64,000 nt of DNA from Candidatus Margulisiibacteriota bacterium (GTDB lineage: Bacteria; Margulisbacteria; Marinamargulisbacteria; JBFWNS01): contig JBFWNS010000001.1 of assembly GCA_050250935.1 (NCBI GenBank), positions 18,331-82,330 on the forward strand. Reading direction: 5' to 3'. Under the pieces are notes generated by a model that was not told the DNA's origin, searched no databases, and saw nothing but the letters and a program-made list of their open reading frames with translations. A program made the translations under genes and the position numbers. Positions within the stretch are counted from its first letter, which is position 1; each line of letters begins with the position of its first letter. Of this stretch, positions 30,741-41,515 are shown in pieces.

Positions 30741-31082
30741 ATGCCAAAACCAGCGTGGGAAAACCTGGATGCCTTTTTCAGTACGGATGATTTTGCTCAA
30801 ACCGTAACCATTACCCCACAGACCGGGGACACTTTTGAGGTTCCCGGTATTTTCGATGATCCCTATTTAAATTCCGACCTTGGCGAATACGACATGGACA
30901 CCACACAACCTCGCGTTTGGTGCAAAGAGTCGGATGTGTCTTTGGTAAAAATGGGCGATCAGGTCGTGGTTAACGAGGTTGTCTATGATCTATTGCACAA
31001 CCCTGAACCGGACGGCACCGGACTTGCCATGCTTCGTTTGGCTGAAGCTCCTGTCGAAGAAGATGAGGAGGAAGAACCCTAA
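30741..31082 (+). CDS. Head-tail joining protein (FII-like)
   Basis: GIFD...PDGTG motif and gene position. Confidence 0.7.
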   Translation: MPKPAWENLDAFFSTDDFAQTVTITPQTGDTFEVPGIFDDPYLNSDLGEYDMDTTQPRVWCKESDVSLVKMGDQVVVNEVVYDLLHNPEPDGTGLAMLRLAEAPVEEDEEEEP

Positions 31083-31630
31083 TGCCTTCACGTCTGATTG
31101 ATTTGGATATCCACGAAGGGGAAATTAACCAAGTTATCGAAGATTTGGCCGCAACACCTGCACAAGTTGAAAAGGCCATGACTTCGACAGTTAATCGAAT
31201 GGCTAGATGGCTAAAAACACAATCTGCCAGGGGCTTATCGACTCACCTTCAAATTCCCCAAAGCATCTTGCGGCGGAGGCTTAAAAACTTTCGCTTGCGA
31301 AAAAGCCCGGGCACTACGGAAATGAACGTGTGGTACGGCTTAAATCCAGTGTCCTTTATCCGACTAAAACCCAAGCAAACTGTTTCGGGAGTTCAAGCCG
31401 GACGCCATTCAGTTGAAGGCGGGTTTATTGCATCAGGGAAAAGTGGTAACCGCCACGTCTTCAAACGGCGCGGTTCCAAACGTCTTCCGATTGATGCTCA
31501 GTACTTAGATATCGAAGACCAGGCGGTCGTTTTTATTGATGACCATCTTATGGGATCCAGCAATTTCGACACGGTCTTTTTAGAAACCTTTGAAAGGGAG
31601 CTTGCATGGCGGACGCAAACACAGAAATAG
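31082..31630 (+). CDS. Minor tail protein (gpZ-like)
   Basis: Basic protein with HVFKRRGSKRLPI motif. Confidence 0.7.
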   Translation: MPSRLIDLDIHEGEINQVIEDLAATPAQVEKAMTSTVNRMARWLKTQSARGLSTHLQIPQSILRRRLKNFRLRKSPGTTEMNVWYGLNPVSFIRLKPKQTVSGVQAGRHSVEGGFIASGKSGNRHVFKRRGSKRLPIDAQYLDIEDQAVVFIDDHLMGSSNFDTVFLETFERELAWRTQTQK

Positions 31631-32166
31631 ATTTGGATGAGATTCATCAAGCCATCATTGATGCTATTGAGGATCAATTTCCGGACTTAAAAACAGTCGC
31701 CGACTACTATGAGGATCGAAAAAAAATCCCATTGCCCGCGTGTTTTATTGAGCTGACGGAACTGACCCAAGCCGATATGGATCCGGGTACGGACCAATTG
31801 GCCCTGCTTTCCCGCTGGGAGGCACGGGTCATTATTGGGTTTAGAACTCAAAATGCAAAGAGAAATGTCCGAAAACTGGTTACGGCGTTGGCAGCATTTA
31901 TTCGCACTCAACGTTGGGGGAAGCCAATAGGGTCTGCGGAAGTTATCGGGTGCTACCCAGATGAATTTAATCCGGGGCTGGATCAGTATGAAGTTTGGCG
32001 TGTGGAGTGGACACAAGTCATCCATTTTGGGGCATCTGTTTGGACCAATGACGGTACTTTACCGACCAGTGTTGAAGTTGCCTTTTCTCCAAATACTGGG
32101 GAAACGGAAGACTACTCACCTGTTGTTGAACCGGAAGAAGAGCCGGAGGCCGACGATGAGCCTTGA
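31606..32166 (+). CDS. Tail completion/terminator protein
   Basis: PACFIEL, VWRVEWTQ; position before the spike gene. Confidence 0.65.
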   Translation: MADANTEIDLDEIHQAIIDAIEDQFPDLKTVADYYEDRKKIPLPACFIELTELTQADMDPGTDQLALLSRWEARVIIGFRTQNAKRNVRKLVTALAAFIRTQRWGKPIGSAEVIGCYPDEFNPGLDQYEVWRVEWTQVIHFGASVWTNDGTLPTSVEVAFSPNTGETEDYSPVVEPEEEPEADDEP

Positions 32167-32905
32167 TTTTGCTGTTTCAGAATTAACTCGACGGTTGGCT
32201 AACCTAATCCGAGTAGGCATTGTCTCTCAGATAGATGTTGAAAATGCCCGCGTAAAAATTGTCACATCACAAATTGAGACTGACTGGCTGCCTTGGTTAA
32301 CCTCCCGTGCCGGTGATGACACATCTTGGTGGGCCCCATCCATTGATGAGCAGGTCTTGATTTTGTCTCCATCCGGAGAGCTGTCGACTGGGGTCGTTTT
32401 ACCTGCGATTTATTCGGATTTAAAGCCTGCAAATGCCGACACCAGCCAGGTTCACCGCATTACTTATTCGGACGGAACAGTTATCGAATACGACAAAGAG
32501 CAAAATAAGCTTAAAGTCGATTGCGTGGGGTCTGTAGACGTCATTGCAGCAGGAGATGTCCATGTCGAAACGGAAGCCAATGTATCGGTGGTCGCAGAAG
32601 GAAATTTAACGGCTGAAGCTGCTTCGGCGGAAATTACCGCAGCAACCGTAACGATCAACGGTAACGTAACCGTCAATGGCACACTTCACGCTACGGGAAA
32701 TATTTCGTCCGATGCCAATGTCGCGGCTGCCGCATTATTAAGCGGTGCAACTATCTCCGCAGGGGGAATGTCTGCTTCCGGAGGAGCGATGTCGGCAGGA
32801 TCTGTAAGTGCTTCCGGGGATGTAACCGCAGGTGGTATCTCGTTAGCGTCTCATGTTCACGGTGGTGTTATGGGTGGACCAGGAACCACGGGAGGACCGC
32901 AGTAA
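32156..32905 (+). CDS. Baseplate spike protein (P2 gpV-like)
   Basis: TDWLPW...RAG...WWAPSIDEQV, beta-helix, C-terminal HVHGGV. Confidence 0.9.
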   Translation: MSLDFAVSELTRRLANLIRVGIVSQIDVENARVKIVTSQIETDWLPWLTSRAGDDTSWWAPSIDEQVLILSPSGELSTGVVLPAIYSDLKPANADTSQVHRITYSDGTVIEYDKEQNKLKVDCVGSVDVIAAGDVHVETEANVSVVAEGNLTAEAASAEITAATVTINGNVTVNGTLHATGNISSDANVAAAALLSGATISAGGMSASGGAMSAGSVSASGDVTAGGISLASHVHGGVMGGPGTTGGPQ

Positions 32906-33243
32906 TGCCTGGAATGAACGCTATTACCGGAAAACACTTAACCGGGATCGATCACCTTCGGCAATCCATCGTCGATATCCTCACAACTCCCATCGGCACG
33001 AGAGTCATGCAGCGGGATTATGGCAGCCGTCTGTACCAACTGGTCGACAATCCCATCAATGCCACCACACTGATTCAGATTTACGGCGCAGCAGTTGAAG
33101 CCCTTTCGATATGGGAGCCCCGTTTTGTTGTGGATCGTGTACAAGCTGAATCAGCAGAACCAGGGAGTGTGGTTCTTTCCCTAACCGGCCAATATCTCCC
33201 CGATGGTCGGGAAATTAAAATCGATGGAATAGAGGTGACCTAA
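32905..33243 (+). CDS. Baseplate wedge protein (gpW/gp25)
   Basis: HLRQSIVDILTTPIGTRVMQRDYGS, WEPR. Confidence 0.92.
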   Translation: MPGMNAITGKHLTGIDHLRQSIVDILTTPIGTRVMQRDYGSRLYQLVDNPINATTLIQIYGAAVEALSIWEPRFVVDRVQAESAEPGSVVLSLTGQYLPDGREIKIDGIEVT

Positions 33244-34142
33244 TGACAACATCAGCATTTACAGCCTTGGATCTTTCCAAGTTAGAAGCCCCGGATGTGG
33301 TTGAAGAGCTGAGTTTTGAGGCTATTTTTCAGGCAATGTTAACCGACCTACAGGAGCGGGATTCGTCGTTTACGGAATTGGTGCCTTCCGATCCGGCTTA
33401 CAAGATTTTGGAAGTAGCTGCGTATCGGGAGCTTTTAATCAGACAGCGGGTAAATGAGTCTGCCCGAGCTGTCATGCTTGCTTATGCTTCCGGATCTGAC
33501 TTGGATCAAATTGCCGCAAATTTTAATGTCGCAAGACTTGTGCTGGATCCAGGTAATGAAAATGCAATACCTCCCGTACCTCCTACTTTAGAAAGCGATG
33601 CCGCGCTTCGACGCCGTACTCAATTGGCTTTTGAGGGACTCAGCGTTGCAGGTCCGGCAAGTGCATATATTTTTCATTCGCTAGGTGCTCATGCGGATAT
33701 TAAAGACATCAGCATAACGAGTCCGGATCCGGGTGAGGTAGTTGTGTCAGTCCTGTCTGTTGAAGGAGACGGTGAAGCTGATTCCGATATCTTAGAGGCT
33801 GTTGAAGCTGCTTTGAACGATGATGTCCGGCCCTTAACAGACAATGTGACGGTTCAATCAGCCGCTATTATCGAATACCAAATCGAGGCTGTCCTGACTG
33901 TTTTCTCAGGTCCCGATTCCAACGTAATCTTGGAAGCTGCAAATACAGCCATTCAAGCGTATGTAAGCGATAGCCACAAAATTGGTAGAGACATAACTTT
34001 GTCTGCGATTTATGCAGCTTTACATGTGGCCGGAGTTCAAAAAGTAACCCTTACTACGCCTACTGAAGACATTGTTGTTGAAAATGACGAAGCTCCATAT
34101 TGCACTGACATCGATGTAACAGTTGGAGGTGTTGATGAGTAG
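33243..34142 (+). CDS. Baseplate J protein
   Basis: LDLSKL, SVAGP, VRPLTD motifs. Confidence 0.92.
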   Translation: MTTSAFTALDLSKLEAPDVVEELSFEAIFQAMLTDLQERDSSFTELVPSDPAYKILEVAAYRELLIRQRVNESARAVMLAYASGSDLDQIAANFNVARLVLDPGNENAIPPVPPTLESDAALRRRTQLAFEGLSVAGPASAYIFHSLGAHADIKDISITSPDPGEVVVSVLSVEGDGEADSDILEAVEAALNDDVRPLTDNVTVQSAAIIEYQIEAVLTVFSGPDSNVILEAANTAIQAYVSDSHKIGRDITLSAIYAALHVAGVQKVTLTTPTEDIVVENDEAPYCTDIDVTVGGVDE

Positions 34143-34836
34143 CCTTCTCCCTAACAATGCAAGCAACCAAGAACGAGCCTTAGAAGCAACACTTTCGAGA
34201 ATCTCCGATGTACCGGTATCTATTCGCCAAATATGGAACCCAGATACTTGCCCCGAGACATTTTTACCTTGGCTGGCGTGGTCATTCAGCATAGATAACT
34301 GGAGTCCGGATTGGTCTGCATCTCAAAAGAGAGAAACGATTAAAACTGCGATGATCGTACATCAGCGGAAAGGAACAATCGGGGCCGTTCGAAGCGCACT
34401 AGAAAGCCTTGGCTATCTTTTACAGGTCATTGAATGGTTCCAAGAGGAAGATACGCCAGCAGACCCTTACACTTTTAGGGTGTTAATTGATGGTCAATAT
34501 GAACCGATTACACCTCAGTTATTCGACGATATCGTCCGTATCATTCGAGACACCAAGAATGAACGAAGCTATCTGTCTGCCATTACCATTCAACGGAAAA
34601 TATTTGGTTCGTTCCGTACACCTACAACACCAATATCCGGGGTTAGTAGCCGGGTTTATCCGCTTCAAATTACAGATAGAGAGATTCCTCAAAATAGCAG
34701 GCTTGGAAGCGGTCACAACAGTGGTGCCTCAACTCGAATTTACCCGCTTCAAACAGTGGAAAATCAAATTAACCAGCATAGTTTCTGTGCTGTTGGACAG
34801 CAAATTTGCGATGAAATTTCAGTTTATCCAGGATAG
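34135..34836 (+). CDS. Tail protein I (P2 gpI-like)
   Basis: SLLPNNA, WNPDTCP, LPWLAW, HQRKGT. Confidence 0.9.
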   Translation: MSSLLPNNASNQERALEATLSRISDVPVSIRQIWNPDTCPETFLPWLAWSFSIDNWSPDWSASQKRETIKTAMIVHQRKGTIGAVRSALESLGYLLQVIEWFQEEDTPADPYTFRVLIDGQYEPITPQLFDDIVRIIRDTKNERSYLSAITIQRKIFGSFRTPTTPISGVSSRVYPLQITDREIPQNSRLGSGHNSGASTRIYPLQTVENQINQHSFCAVGQQICDEISVYPG

Positions 34837-34848
34837 GAGGAAAAAATA

Positions 34849-36759
34849 ATGCCGTCACCGACATACTACTCAATTTTAACCACAGCCGGACTTGCAAAAA
34901 TTGCCAATGCGATTGCAACTTCAACACCAATTCAGATTACGCAAATGGCCCTCGGCGATGGAAACGGGAGTATCCCAACTCCAAACGCTAGCCAAACGGC
35001 GTTAGTTCATCAAGTTTATAGAGAGGATCTTTCTCAGCTAATTACTGATCCGGACAATCCGGCGTATGCAATTGCAGAGCTTATTGTGCCTGCCGAAGAT
35101 GGGCCGTTTACGGTCCGAGAATTAGGACTGTATGACAGTTCCAATACATTAATCGCGGTTGGAAACTTTCCAACAACCTATAAACCAGTGGCAAGTGAAG
35201 GATCCGTACGTGACCTTGTAATTCGAATGGTAATTGATGTTGAAAATGCAAGCTCTGTAACCATCACCATTGATCCTGCGGTTGTTTTAGCTAGTCAAGA
35301 ATATGTTCAAAATAAGCTAAAAGATACCTTCATTCAAGACGATGGGGAATATATCGCAACGGATAAAGTTCGGGCTCGTGATGGAGACGGGCTATCACTT
35401 CAAGACGATGGTGGGAATGGTATTTTCATTGCCGACGGAGGAAATGCTACTCTTTCGGGTCCCACTACTTCAGCAATTGACGGACCTTCCCTGACTTTAA
35501 CTAGGCGTGGAGATCATGCACCGGGTTACAAGGTAGGGTCATTAAAATTTACAACAACAGATCCCCAAGTAACCGGTATCCGATCTGAGATAACCGCGCT
35601 TGCTGAATCTACATCAAATTGGGGACCCGGCGGACAAGGAAGAACCGCTTTAGTCTTCAAAACTGGGGACAGTGATTCCGATGCTACTGAAAAAATGCGT
35701 ATTACAAGTTACGGGAAAGTTGGTATTGGAACCGCAAGCCCGGGTACTCAATTGGAAGTTCGTGGAGCAGGTAACACATCAGCAAGTTTAACCGTAAATA
35801 GTCCTTCGGGAAGTATGTCTGTTATAGACACTCAAACTCAAGCACAAGGTTCCGGGCCTGGGATCGCATTTGGCCTAACATATAACTCTGGAGCCAATTC
35901 ATCAGGTACTGGGTCAATCAGCACTTATATGGAGAATGTACCGAATAATACCAGTTCGGATTTTATGCATTCTATGATCTTTAAAACGAGCACCACATCA
36001 GGCATTAGGGAAAGCTTAAGGATTAATAGCTCAGGCGATATTTTGCCGGGTGTTGATGACGCTCAAGATTTAGGCAGTTCCAGCAAACGATATGACGACG
36101 TTTATGCAACCAACGCAACAATCCAAACCTCAGATGAACGGTTAAAAACCAACATTGAAGATACTCCTCTAGGGTTGGATTTTATCAATGCGCTTCGGGC
36201 TGTTCGGTACAAATGGGCTAATCGGGAATCGCAAACAGCCACACGTATGGTTCAAAAAACCGAACTTGTAGAACGGGAAATTGAGCAAACTGAAATTATT
36301 GAAATTGATGGGAAATACGTTCGGGTTAAAAACATCATCACTCAACAGATTGCCGAGCCGGTTTTTGATGAGTATCCGGTTTATGACGAGGATGGCGAGC
36401 CGATTTACACCAAAATCAAACTGATTTTATTAGACGAACATGGCGAAGTTATTTTGGGTGAAGATGGCAATCCAACATTTAATGAAATCAATGGCCCTCA
36501 ATTGATGCATAAAATCCCAGTAATGATCGAGGAAGAATACGAAGTTCCGGGTAAAGCGTTTACCCGACGACATTACGGGTTAATTGCTCAAGATGTTCTT
36601 GCCGTACTGGAACAATTCAACGTTGATTCGGCTGACTTTGCGCCGCTGACGTACGACTCGGAAGCAGACCTTTACGGAATGCGTTACGGGGAATTGGTCG
36701 GCATTCTGATCAAAGCGATTCAAGAGCTGACTGCTCGCGTGGAGGTATTGGAAAGCTAA
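34849..36759 (+). CDS. Tail fibre (gpH-like N-terminus) with C-terminal S74 intramolecular chaperone
   Basis: ILTTAGLAKIA, RELGL; KVGIGT repeat; TSDERLK, GLIAQDV, IKAIQEL. Confidence 0.88.
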   Translation: MPSPTYYSILTTAGLAKIANAIATSTPIQITQMALGDGNGSIPTPNASQTALVHQVYREDLSQLITDPDNPAYAIAELIVPAEDGPFTVRELGLYDSSNTLIAVGNFPTTYKPVASEGSVRDLVIRMVIDVENASSVTITIDPAVVLASQEYVQNKLKDTFIQDDGEYIATDKVRARDGDGLSLQDDGGNGIFIADGGNATLSGPTTSAIDGPSLTLTRRGDHAPGYKVGSLKFTTTDPQVTGIRSEITALAESTSNWGPGGQGRTALVFKTGDSDSDATEKMRITSYGKVGIGTASPGTQLEVRGAGNTSASLTVNSPSGSMSVIDTQTQAQGSGPGIAFGLTYNSGANSSGTGSISTYMENVPNNTSSDFMHSMIFKTSTTSGIRESLRINSSGDILPGVDDAQDLGSSSKRYDDVYATNATIQTSDERLKTNIEDTPLGLDFINALRAVRYKWANRESQTATRMVQKTELVEREIEQTEIIEIDGKYVRVKNIITQQIAEPVFDEYPVYDEDGEPIYTKIKLILLDEHGEVILGEDGNPTFNEINGPQLMHKIPVMIEEEYEVPGKAFTRRHYGLIAQDVLAVLEQFNVDSADFAPLTYDSEADLYGMRYGELVGILIKAIQELTARVEVLES

Positions 36760-36825
36760 TGCGGAAATTTAGCCAGTGTGAACCGGACATCAGAATTCAT
36801 AAAATATTAAGGAGGTAGATTCAAA

Positions 36826-38250
36826 ATGACAGAAACTTTTTTACATGGTGTACAGGTACTAGAAATTGACGCGGGGCCTCGTCCGATTAGGACGCTGCGT
36901 TCCGGTGTCATCGGAATTGTTGGGACTGCTCCCGACGCCGATGAAGATATTTTCCCGTTAAACACACCCGTGCTTGTTTCAAGCCGAGGTGCAGCCACAA
37001 AGTTAGATACCTCTGAAGAGGGGGATCAAGCCGGAACTTTGCCTAAAGCTTTGGATTCTATTTTTGACCAAGCCGGAGCCTTGGTCGTTGTAGTCAGAGT
37101 GGAAGAAGACGAAGATGACGATGAAACGTTGGCCAATATTCTTGGCGGAGTTGATGCTCAAACCGGACAATATTCCGGTATTCAAGCATTGCTTGGGGCC
37201 GAATCGATTCTAGGTGTTTCGCCTCGAATTTTATGTGTGCCAGGCTTTACCCATCAAAGAACAGATGGAGCTGTATTAACTCTTACAAAAAGTGCAGGCG
37301 GCAGCGGATATACTTCTGCGCCGACTGTGTCGTTGACTGGTGGAGGCGGAACTGGGGCAACCGCAACAGCAACGGTAGTGTCTGGGGTCGTAACAGCTCT
37401 CACTATCACCAATCGTGGCCATGGCTATACTTCTGCGCCTACGGTTGGATTCTCAGGCGGCGGTGGAACCGGGGCTGCTGGAACTGCAACCGTTGGAGAC
37501 ATTATCAACTCTGTCGTCTCGGAATTAATCGGCATCGCAGAGCGTCTTCGTGCAGTTATTGTCGCTGATGGCCCCAATACCACCGATGAAGCAGCTATTG
37601 CTTATGCTGGTGACTTCGGAAGCTCAAGAGTTTTTGTGATCGATCCTTGGATTATGGCCATTGACGGAGATGGTGAGTTAGAAGCCAGACCGGCATCACC
37701 TTGTGTGGCCGGACTTATAGCCAAAATTGATAACGACAAAGGGTTTTGGTGGTCGCCATCCAACAACACTATCAATGGAATTTCCGGTACTGCTCGGGCT
37801 GTTGATTTTATGTTGGGTGATGCCAATGCACGAGCCAATGTTTTAAACGAGGCCAAAGTCGCAACAATTATCCGCCAAGACGGGTATCGTCTTTGGGGTA
37901 ACCGTACCTTATCTAGTGACCCCCTCTGGGCCTTTTTATCCGTTCGCCGAACCGCAGATATTCTTCAGGATAGTTTGCTCCGGGCTCACCTTTGGGCAGT
38001 AGACCGAAACATCACCAAAACCTATGTCCAAGATGTTGTTGAAGGGGTGAATGCCTATATCCGAGATTTAGTAGCCAAAGGAGCTTTGCTTGGAGGTGAA
38101 TGTTGGGCCGATCCGGATCTGAATACTCCGGCAAATGTTCAAGCCGGTAAGGTGTATTTTAACTTTAACTTCACACCGCCGTATCCGGCAGAAAACATCA
38201 CCTTTAGATCCCAGCTCGTAAATGACTATATCAAGGAGGTATTCGCATGA
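36826..38250 (+). CDS. Contractile tail sheath protein (FI-like)
   Basis: [25 protein letters not shown]. Confidence 0.93.
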   Translation: MTETFLHGVQVLEIDAGPRPIRTLRSGVIGIVGTAPDADEDIFPLNTPVLVSSRGAATKLDTSEEGDQAGTLPKALDSIFDQAGALVVVVRVEEDEDDDETLANILGGVDAQTGQYSGIQALLGAESILGVSPRILCVPGFTHQRTDGAVLTLTKSAGGSGYTSAPTVSLTGGGGTGATATATVVSGVVTALTITNRGHGYTSAPTVGFSGGGGTGAAGTATVGDIINSVVSELIGIAERLRAVIVADGPNTTDEAAIAYAGDFGSSRVFVIDPWIMAIDGDGELEARPASPCVAGLIAKIDNDKGFWWSPSNNTINGISGTARAVDFMLGDANARANVLNEAKVATIIRQDGYRLWGNRTLSSDPLWAFLSVRRTADILQDSLLRAHLWAVDRNITKTYVQDVVEGVNAYIRDLVAKGALLGGECWADPDLNTPANVQAGKVYFNFNFTPPYPAENITFRSQLVNDYIKEVFA

Positions 38251-38753
38251 GCGCACGAGACGTACTGAAAAATTTTCATTTGATGATTGACGGGCGTGGA
38301 TATGCCGGTCAAGTTGAAGAATACACACCGCCGGTTTTGAACCTGCAAGTCGAAGACTTTAGAGGAGGAGGAATGGACTCCCCCGTATCCGTCACAATGG
38401 GTATGGAGAAGCTTGAAACAAGTTTTTCTCTTGTATCCTATGACCAATACGTTTTGGCATTGTGGGGCGTTCAGCAAGGCAAAGAAATTCCGATGACTGT
38501 AAAGGGTGCTTTGGAATCCTATGACGGGACGGTCAAAGGCGTTACCCATTCAATGCGCGGTAAAATCCGGTCAATGGATTCGGGTACTTGGCAAGCCGGG
38601 CAAAAGCCTTCCTTAAAGATCACAATGGACCTGAATTACTACAAGCTTGAACATAGCGGCCAAGTGATTCACGAAGTAGATGTTATCAACATGGTCCGAA
38701 CCATTAACGGTATCGATGTGTTGGCCGAAACGAGAGGGGTATTAGGGTTATGA
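38247..38753 (+). CDS. Tail tube protein (FII-like)
   Basis: FRGGGMD, YYKL, DVINM motifs. Confidence 0.92.
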   Translation: MSARDVLKNFHLMIDGRGYAGQVEEYTPPVLNLQVEDFRGGGMDSPVSVTMGMEKLETSFSLVSYDQYVLALWGVQQGKEIPMTVKGALESYDGTVKGVTHSMRGKIRSMDSGTWQAGQKPSLKITMDLNYYKLEHSGQVIHEVDVINMVRTINGIDVLAETRGVLGL

Positions 38754-39001
38754 AGAATTTTAAGGATATTGAGCTTTCAAGTCCGATTGAAATTGATGGC
38801 ACTGAGATTGCTGCATTAAGAATGCGTGAACCGACGGTTGCCGACCAATTGGCTGCCGACGCGGTCAAAGGCGGGGACTCCGCAAAAGAAGTGAATCTGT
38901 TTGCAAATCTTTGTGAAATCACCCCAGACACAATCAAACGGCTAACCCTAAAAGATTATAAGAAGGTGCAAGAAGCCTTCGTTTTTTTTACCTCGGATTA
39001 A
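38750..39001 (+). CDS. Tail assembly chaperone (gpE-like)
   Basis: LRMREPTVAD, LFANLC, DYKKVQ; T8 run near the 3' end. Confidence 0.85.
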   Translation: MKNFKDIELSSPIEIDGTEIAALRMREPTVADQLAADAVKGGDSAKEVNLFANLCEITPDTIKRLTLKDYKKVQEAFVFFTSD

Positions 39002-39129
39002 CCTCCGAAAGTATCCGTGACGGCGTGCTCAGTATTGCTTTTCATACCGGATGGAGCAAAGCGGAAATCATGGCCATGCCGTGCTCGGAATTTATGTTTT
39101 GGATAGAGGGGCTGCCGAAGAATGGCTAA
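38750..39129 (+). CDS. gpE+E' extended chaperone by -1 frameshift
   Basis: -1 frame after T8 (38982-38989) reads YLGLTSESIRDGVLSIAFHTGWSKAEIMAMPCSEFMFWIEGLPKNG. Confidence 0.78.
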
Positions 39130-41515
39130 CAAAAAACTCAGCGCAGTTATTACCATCGGAGGGGCTGTTGCCTCGACCTTTGGGACAGCAATTAAAAGCA
39201 CCACGGGCCGAATCAAAGAAATCGGCAAGACAGTCCGTTCCCTTGAAAAAGACCATAAGGCACTCGGTAGCCAAATTGAGATTTGGGAAAAGCAAGGTAA
39301 AAATGTTGCCTCACTCCGCACTCAATATGTCAAATTAGGATCGGAAATAGACCGTCTCCGACTCAAGCAAAGTGCCCTAAAAAGAATCGTTGATGCTGAT
39401 GTGGCTGGATCTTTCACCAGGATGGGATCCACAATTAAAAGCACAGCGTTGATGTTCACTGGCCTCGCTACAGCGGCTATCGGCGGTATTTTTGCCATTG
39501 CAAAATCAACCTCAGACCTTGGCGACGAAATCGGAGAAACAGCCCAAAAACTTGGCATTGGTACGCAAGAACTTCAGGAACTTCGATATGCAGCATTAAA
39601 AGCCGGTGGCCAGGAAGTCGAACAGTTCGACAAGTCCATGGAGCTTATGATTAAGAATGTGACCGAAGCTGCAAACGGTACGGGCAAGGCAGTAAGTGCA
39701 TTGGAAGAACTGGGGCTTCAGGCCGGAGCTTTGGCTTCTATGACCCCGGATGAAATGCTCAATCATATCGCAGACGCAATGGGCAAAGTAGAAAACCATT
39801 CCGAAAAATTGAGGCTTGCTCTCCGGATATTCGGTAAAGGCGGAGCCCCAATGTTGTTGATGTTGGATCAGGGCAGCAAAGGGTTGGCGGAGTTTAGAAG
39901 GCAAGCCAGAGCAACCGGCTTCGTTCTGAGCGACCAAGCTATCCGTGCAGCCAGCGATTTTGATGACCAGCTTCGGGATCTGAAGCTTAGTGCTCTTGGG
40001 GTACGAAATACCTTAGGAGCTGCTTTGATGCCCGTGGTCACCAGAGTAATGGGTCGCATGACAACGTATCTCCAAAGTAATCGTGGAGAGGTAGTCAGGT
40101 TTGCCAATCAGTTTGCCGCAGCAGTCGAACGTGCAGCACCCACATTATTCAAGTTGGCCGACGGTGTTTTACAGTTTGCTAAGTTTTCGTCCATCGTTAT
40201 TGGCAAAGTTGCTCACATGGTAGGTGGATTTGAAAATCTTGGATTTATCATTGGAGCTGCTTTTAGTGCAAAATCCATCTTTTCGGTAATAAGTTTTGGT
40301 GGAGCTCTGTTGAAGGCGGCAGATGGTCTCCAAATGTTCTTTACAGGAAAATCGGCCATCGTCGGTTTATCCAAGGGATTTCAGTTTCTAGGAAAAGGCA
40401 TACTGTCTTTGGTGAAGAATATATTTCCACTCCTTCTTTCAGGCATTCGGGCCATTGGAGTAGCAGCGACGGCCAATCCAGTTGGTGCAATCATTGCCGG
40501 AGTTGCCATCGCAGCAATCCTAATCATCGCAAACTGGAAGCGGGTTAAACCTTTCTTTGAGTCACTATGGGCTTCTCTTAAGCCTATCTTTGCAGGTGCT
40601 TGGGCTGTAATTAAAACCGTAGCAGAATACACACCGCTAGGGATCCTGATAAAAAACTGGAAGCCTATAGTTGGTTTCTTTTCTGCACTGTGGCTAAAGG
40701 TTAAATCCGTAGCACGAACCGGCATCAACTTGGTTTTCAAGGTGTTGGACATTTCTCCATTGGAAGTATTGAGAGCCGCCTGGTCAGGGATAACCGCATT
40801 TTTTGGAAGTGTTTGGGACAAGGTTAAATCTGGAGCCGATTCGATGTCGGCCAAAGTTAAATCCATTTTTGGGTTTTCACCTGTGGGTTTACTCAAATCC
40901 TCATGGGCTGGCATTACCGGTTTCTTTGACTCAACCAAGGACAGCATTGCAACCAAGCTATCAAGCCTTGGCGAAGCATTAAAAACATCACCTCTGGCTA
41001 ACTTTTCGCCTGACTGGGCCAAACTTAAAACCAAGTTTGAGGGTATTTGGAACAGCATCAAAAACGTACTGAGTCAGATCACAGATGGCATAAAGAAAGC
41101 GTTCGAATTTAAGCCGCTGGCCGAAATCAAGAAAGTCTGGGAAGAAACCTTCAAGTGGTTGGAAGACAAAGCCACTCTCATTGGAACAGTCTTTGGGAAA
41201 GTGTCCCGGTTTTTTGGGTTTGGAGAAAAAGACGATGATGCAGATCTGGCAAAACCAAAGGCAACCATCCCGCTCAAATCGCCACTCAAAGTGAAATTGC
41301 CGACTGCTTCAAATTCGGATAATACGGCTATTCCAAAGTTGCAGGCCGGATCCACGTCGATATCCAAGCAGTTCACCAATACATTCAATATCACCGTAAA
41401 TGCTAGCTCCGGCCAGGATGAACAATCCATCGCCCGAAAGGTGATGGATCTCATTATTGCTCAACAACAAAAAGCCCAAGGTTCCTTGATGTTTGACGGA
41501 GCGGGGGCCTACTGA
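39122..41515 (+). CDS. Tape measure protein
   Basis: 797 aa Ala/Gly-rich with Trp/Phe periodic repeats, ANPVG; follows the chaperones. Confidence 0.9.
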   Translation: MANKKLSAVITIGGAVASTFGTAIKSTTGRIKEIGKTVRSLEKDHKALGSQIEIWEKQGKNVASLRTQYVKLGSEIDRLRLKQSALKRIVDADVAGSFTRMGSTIKSTALMFTGLATAAIGGIFAIAKSTSDLGDEIGETAQKLGIGTQELQELRYAALKAGGQEVEQFDKSMELMIKNVTEAANGTGKAVSALEELGLQAGALASMTPDEMLNHIADAMGKVENHSEKLRLALRIFGKGGAPMLLMLDQGSKGLAEFRRQARATGFVLSDQAIRAASDFDDQLRDLKLSALGVRNTLGAALMPVVTRVMGRMTTYLQSNRGEVVRFANQFAAAVERAAPTLFKLADGVLQFAKFSSIVIGKVAHMVGGFENLGFIIGAAFSAKSIFSVISFGGALLKAADGLQMFFTGKSAIVGLSKGFQFLGKGILSLVKNIFPLLLSGIRAIGVAATANPVGAIIAGVAIAAILIIANWKRVKPFFESLWASLKPIFAGAWAVIKTVAEYTPLGILIKNWKPIVGFFSALWLKVKSVARTGINLVFKVLDISPLEVLRAAWSGITAFFGSVWDKVKSGADSMSAKVKSIFGFSPVGLLKSSWAGITGFFDSTKDSIATKLSSLGEALKTSPLANFSPDWAKLKTKFEGIWNSIKNVLSQITDGIKKAFEFKPLAEIKKVWEETFKWLEDKATLIGTVFGKVSRFFGFGEKDDDADLAKPKATIPLKSPLKVKLPTASNSDNTAIPKLQAGSTSISKQFTNTFNITVNASSGQDEQSIARKVMDLIIAQQQKAQGSLMFDGAGAY

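Noticed and set aside
34849-36759. Diversity-generating retroelement or tail-fibre invertase
   Set aside because: No reverse transcriptase, template repeat or invertase seen.
39322-41454. Long antisense ORFs in the tape measure gene (and similar ones in rpoD, dnaG, recQ)
   Set aside because: Shadow frames of well-supported genes with no motifs of their own.
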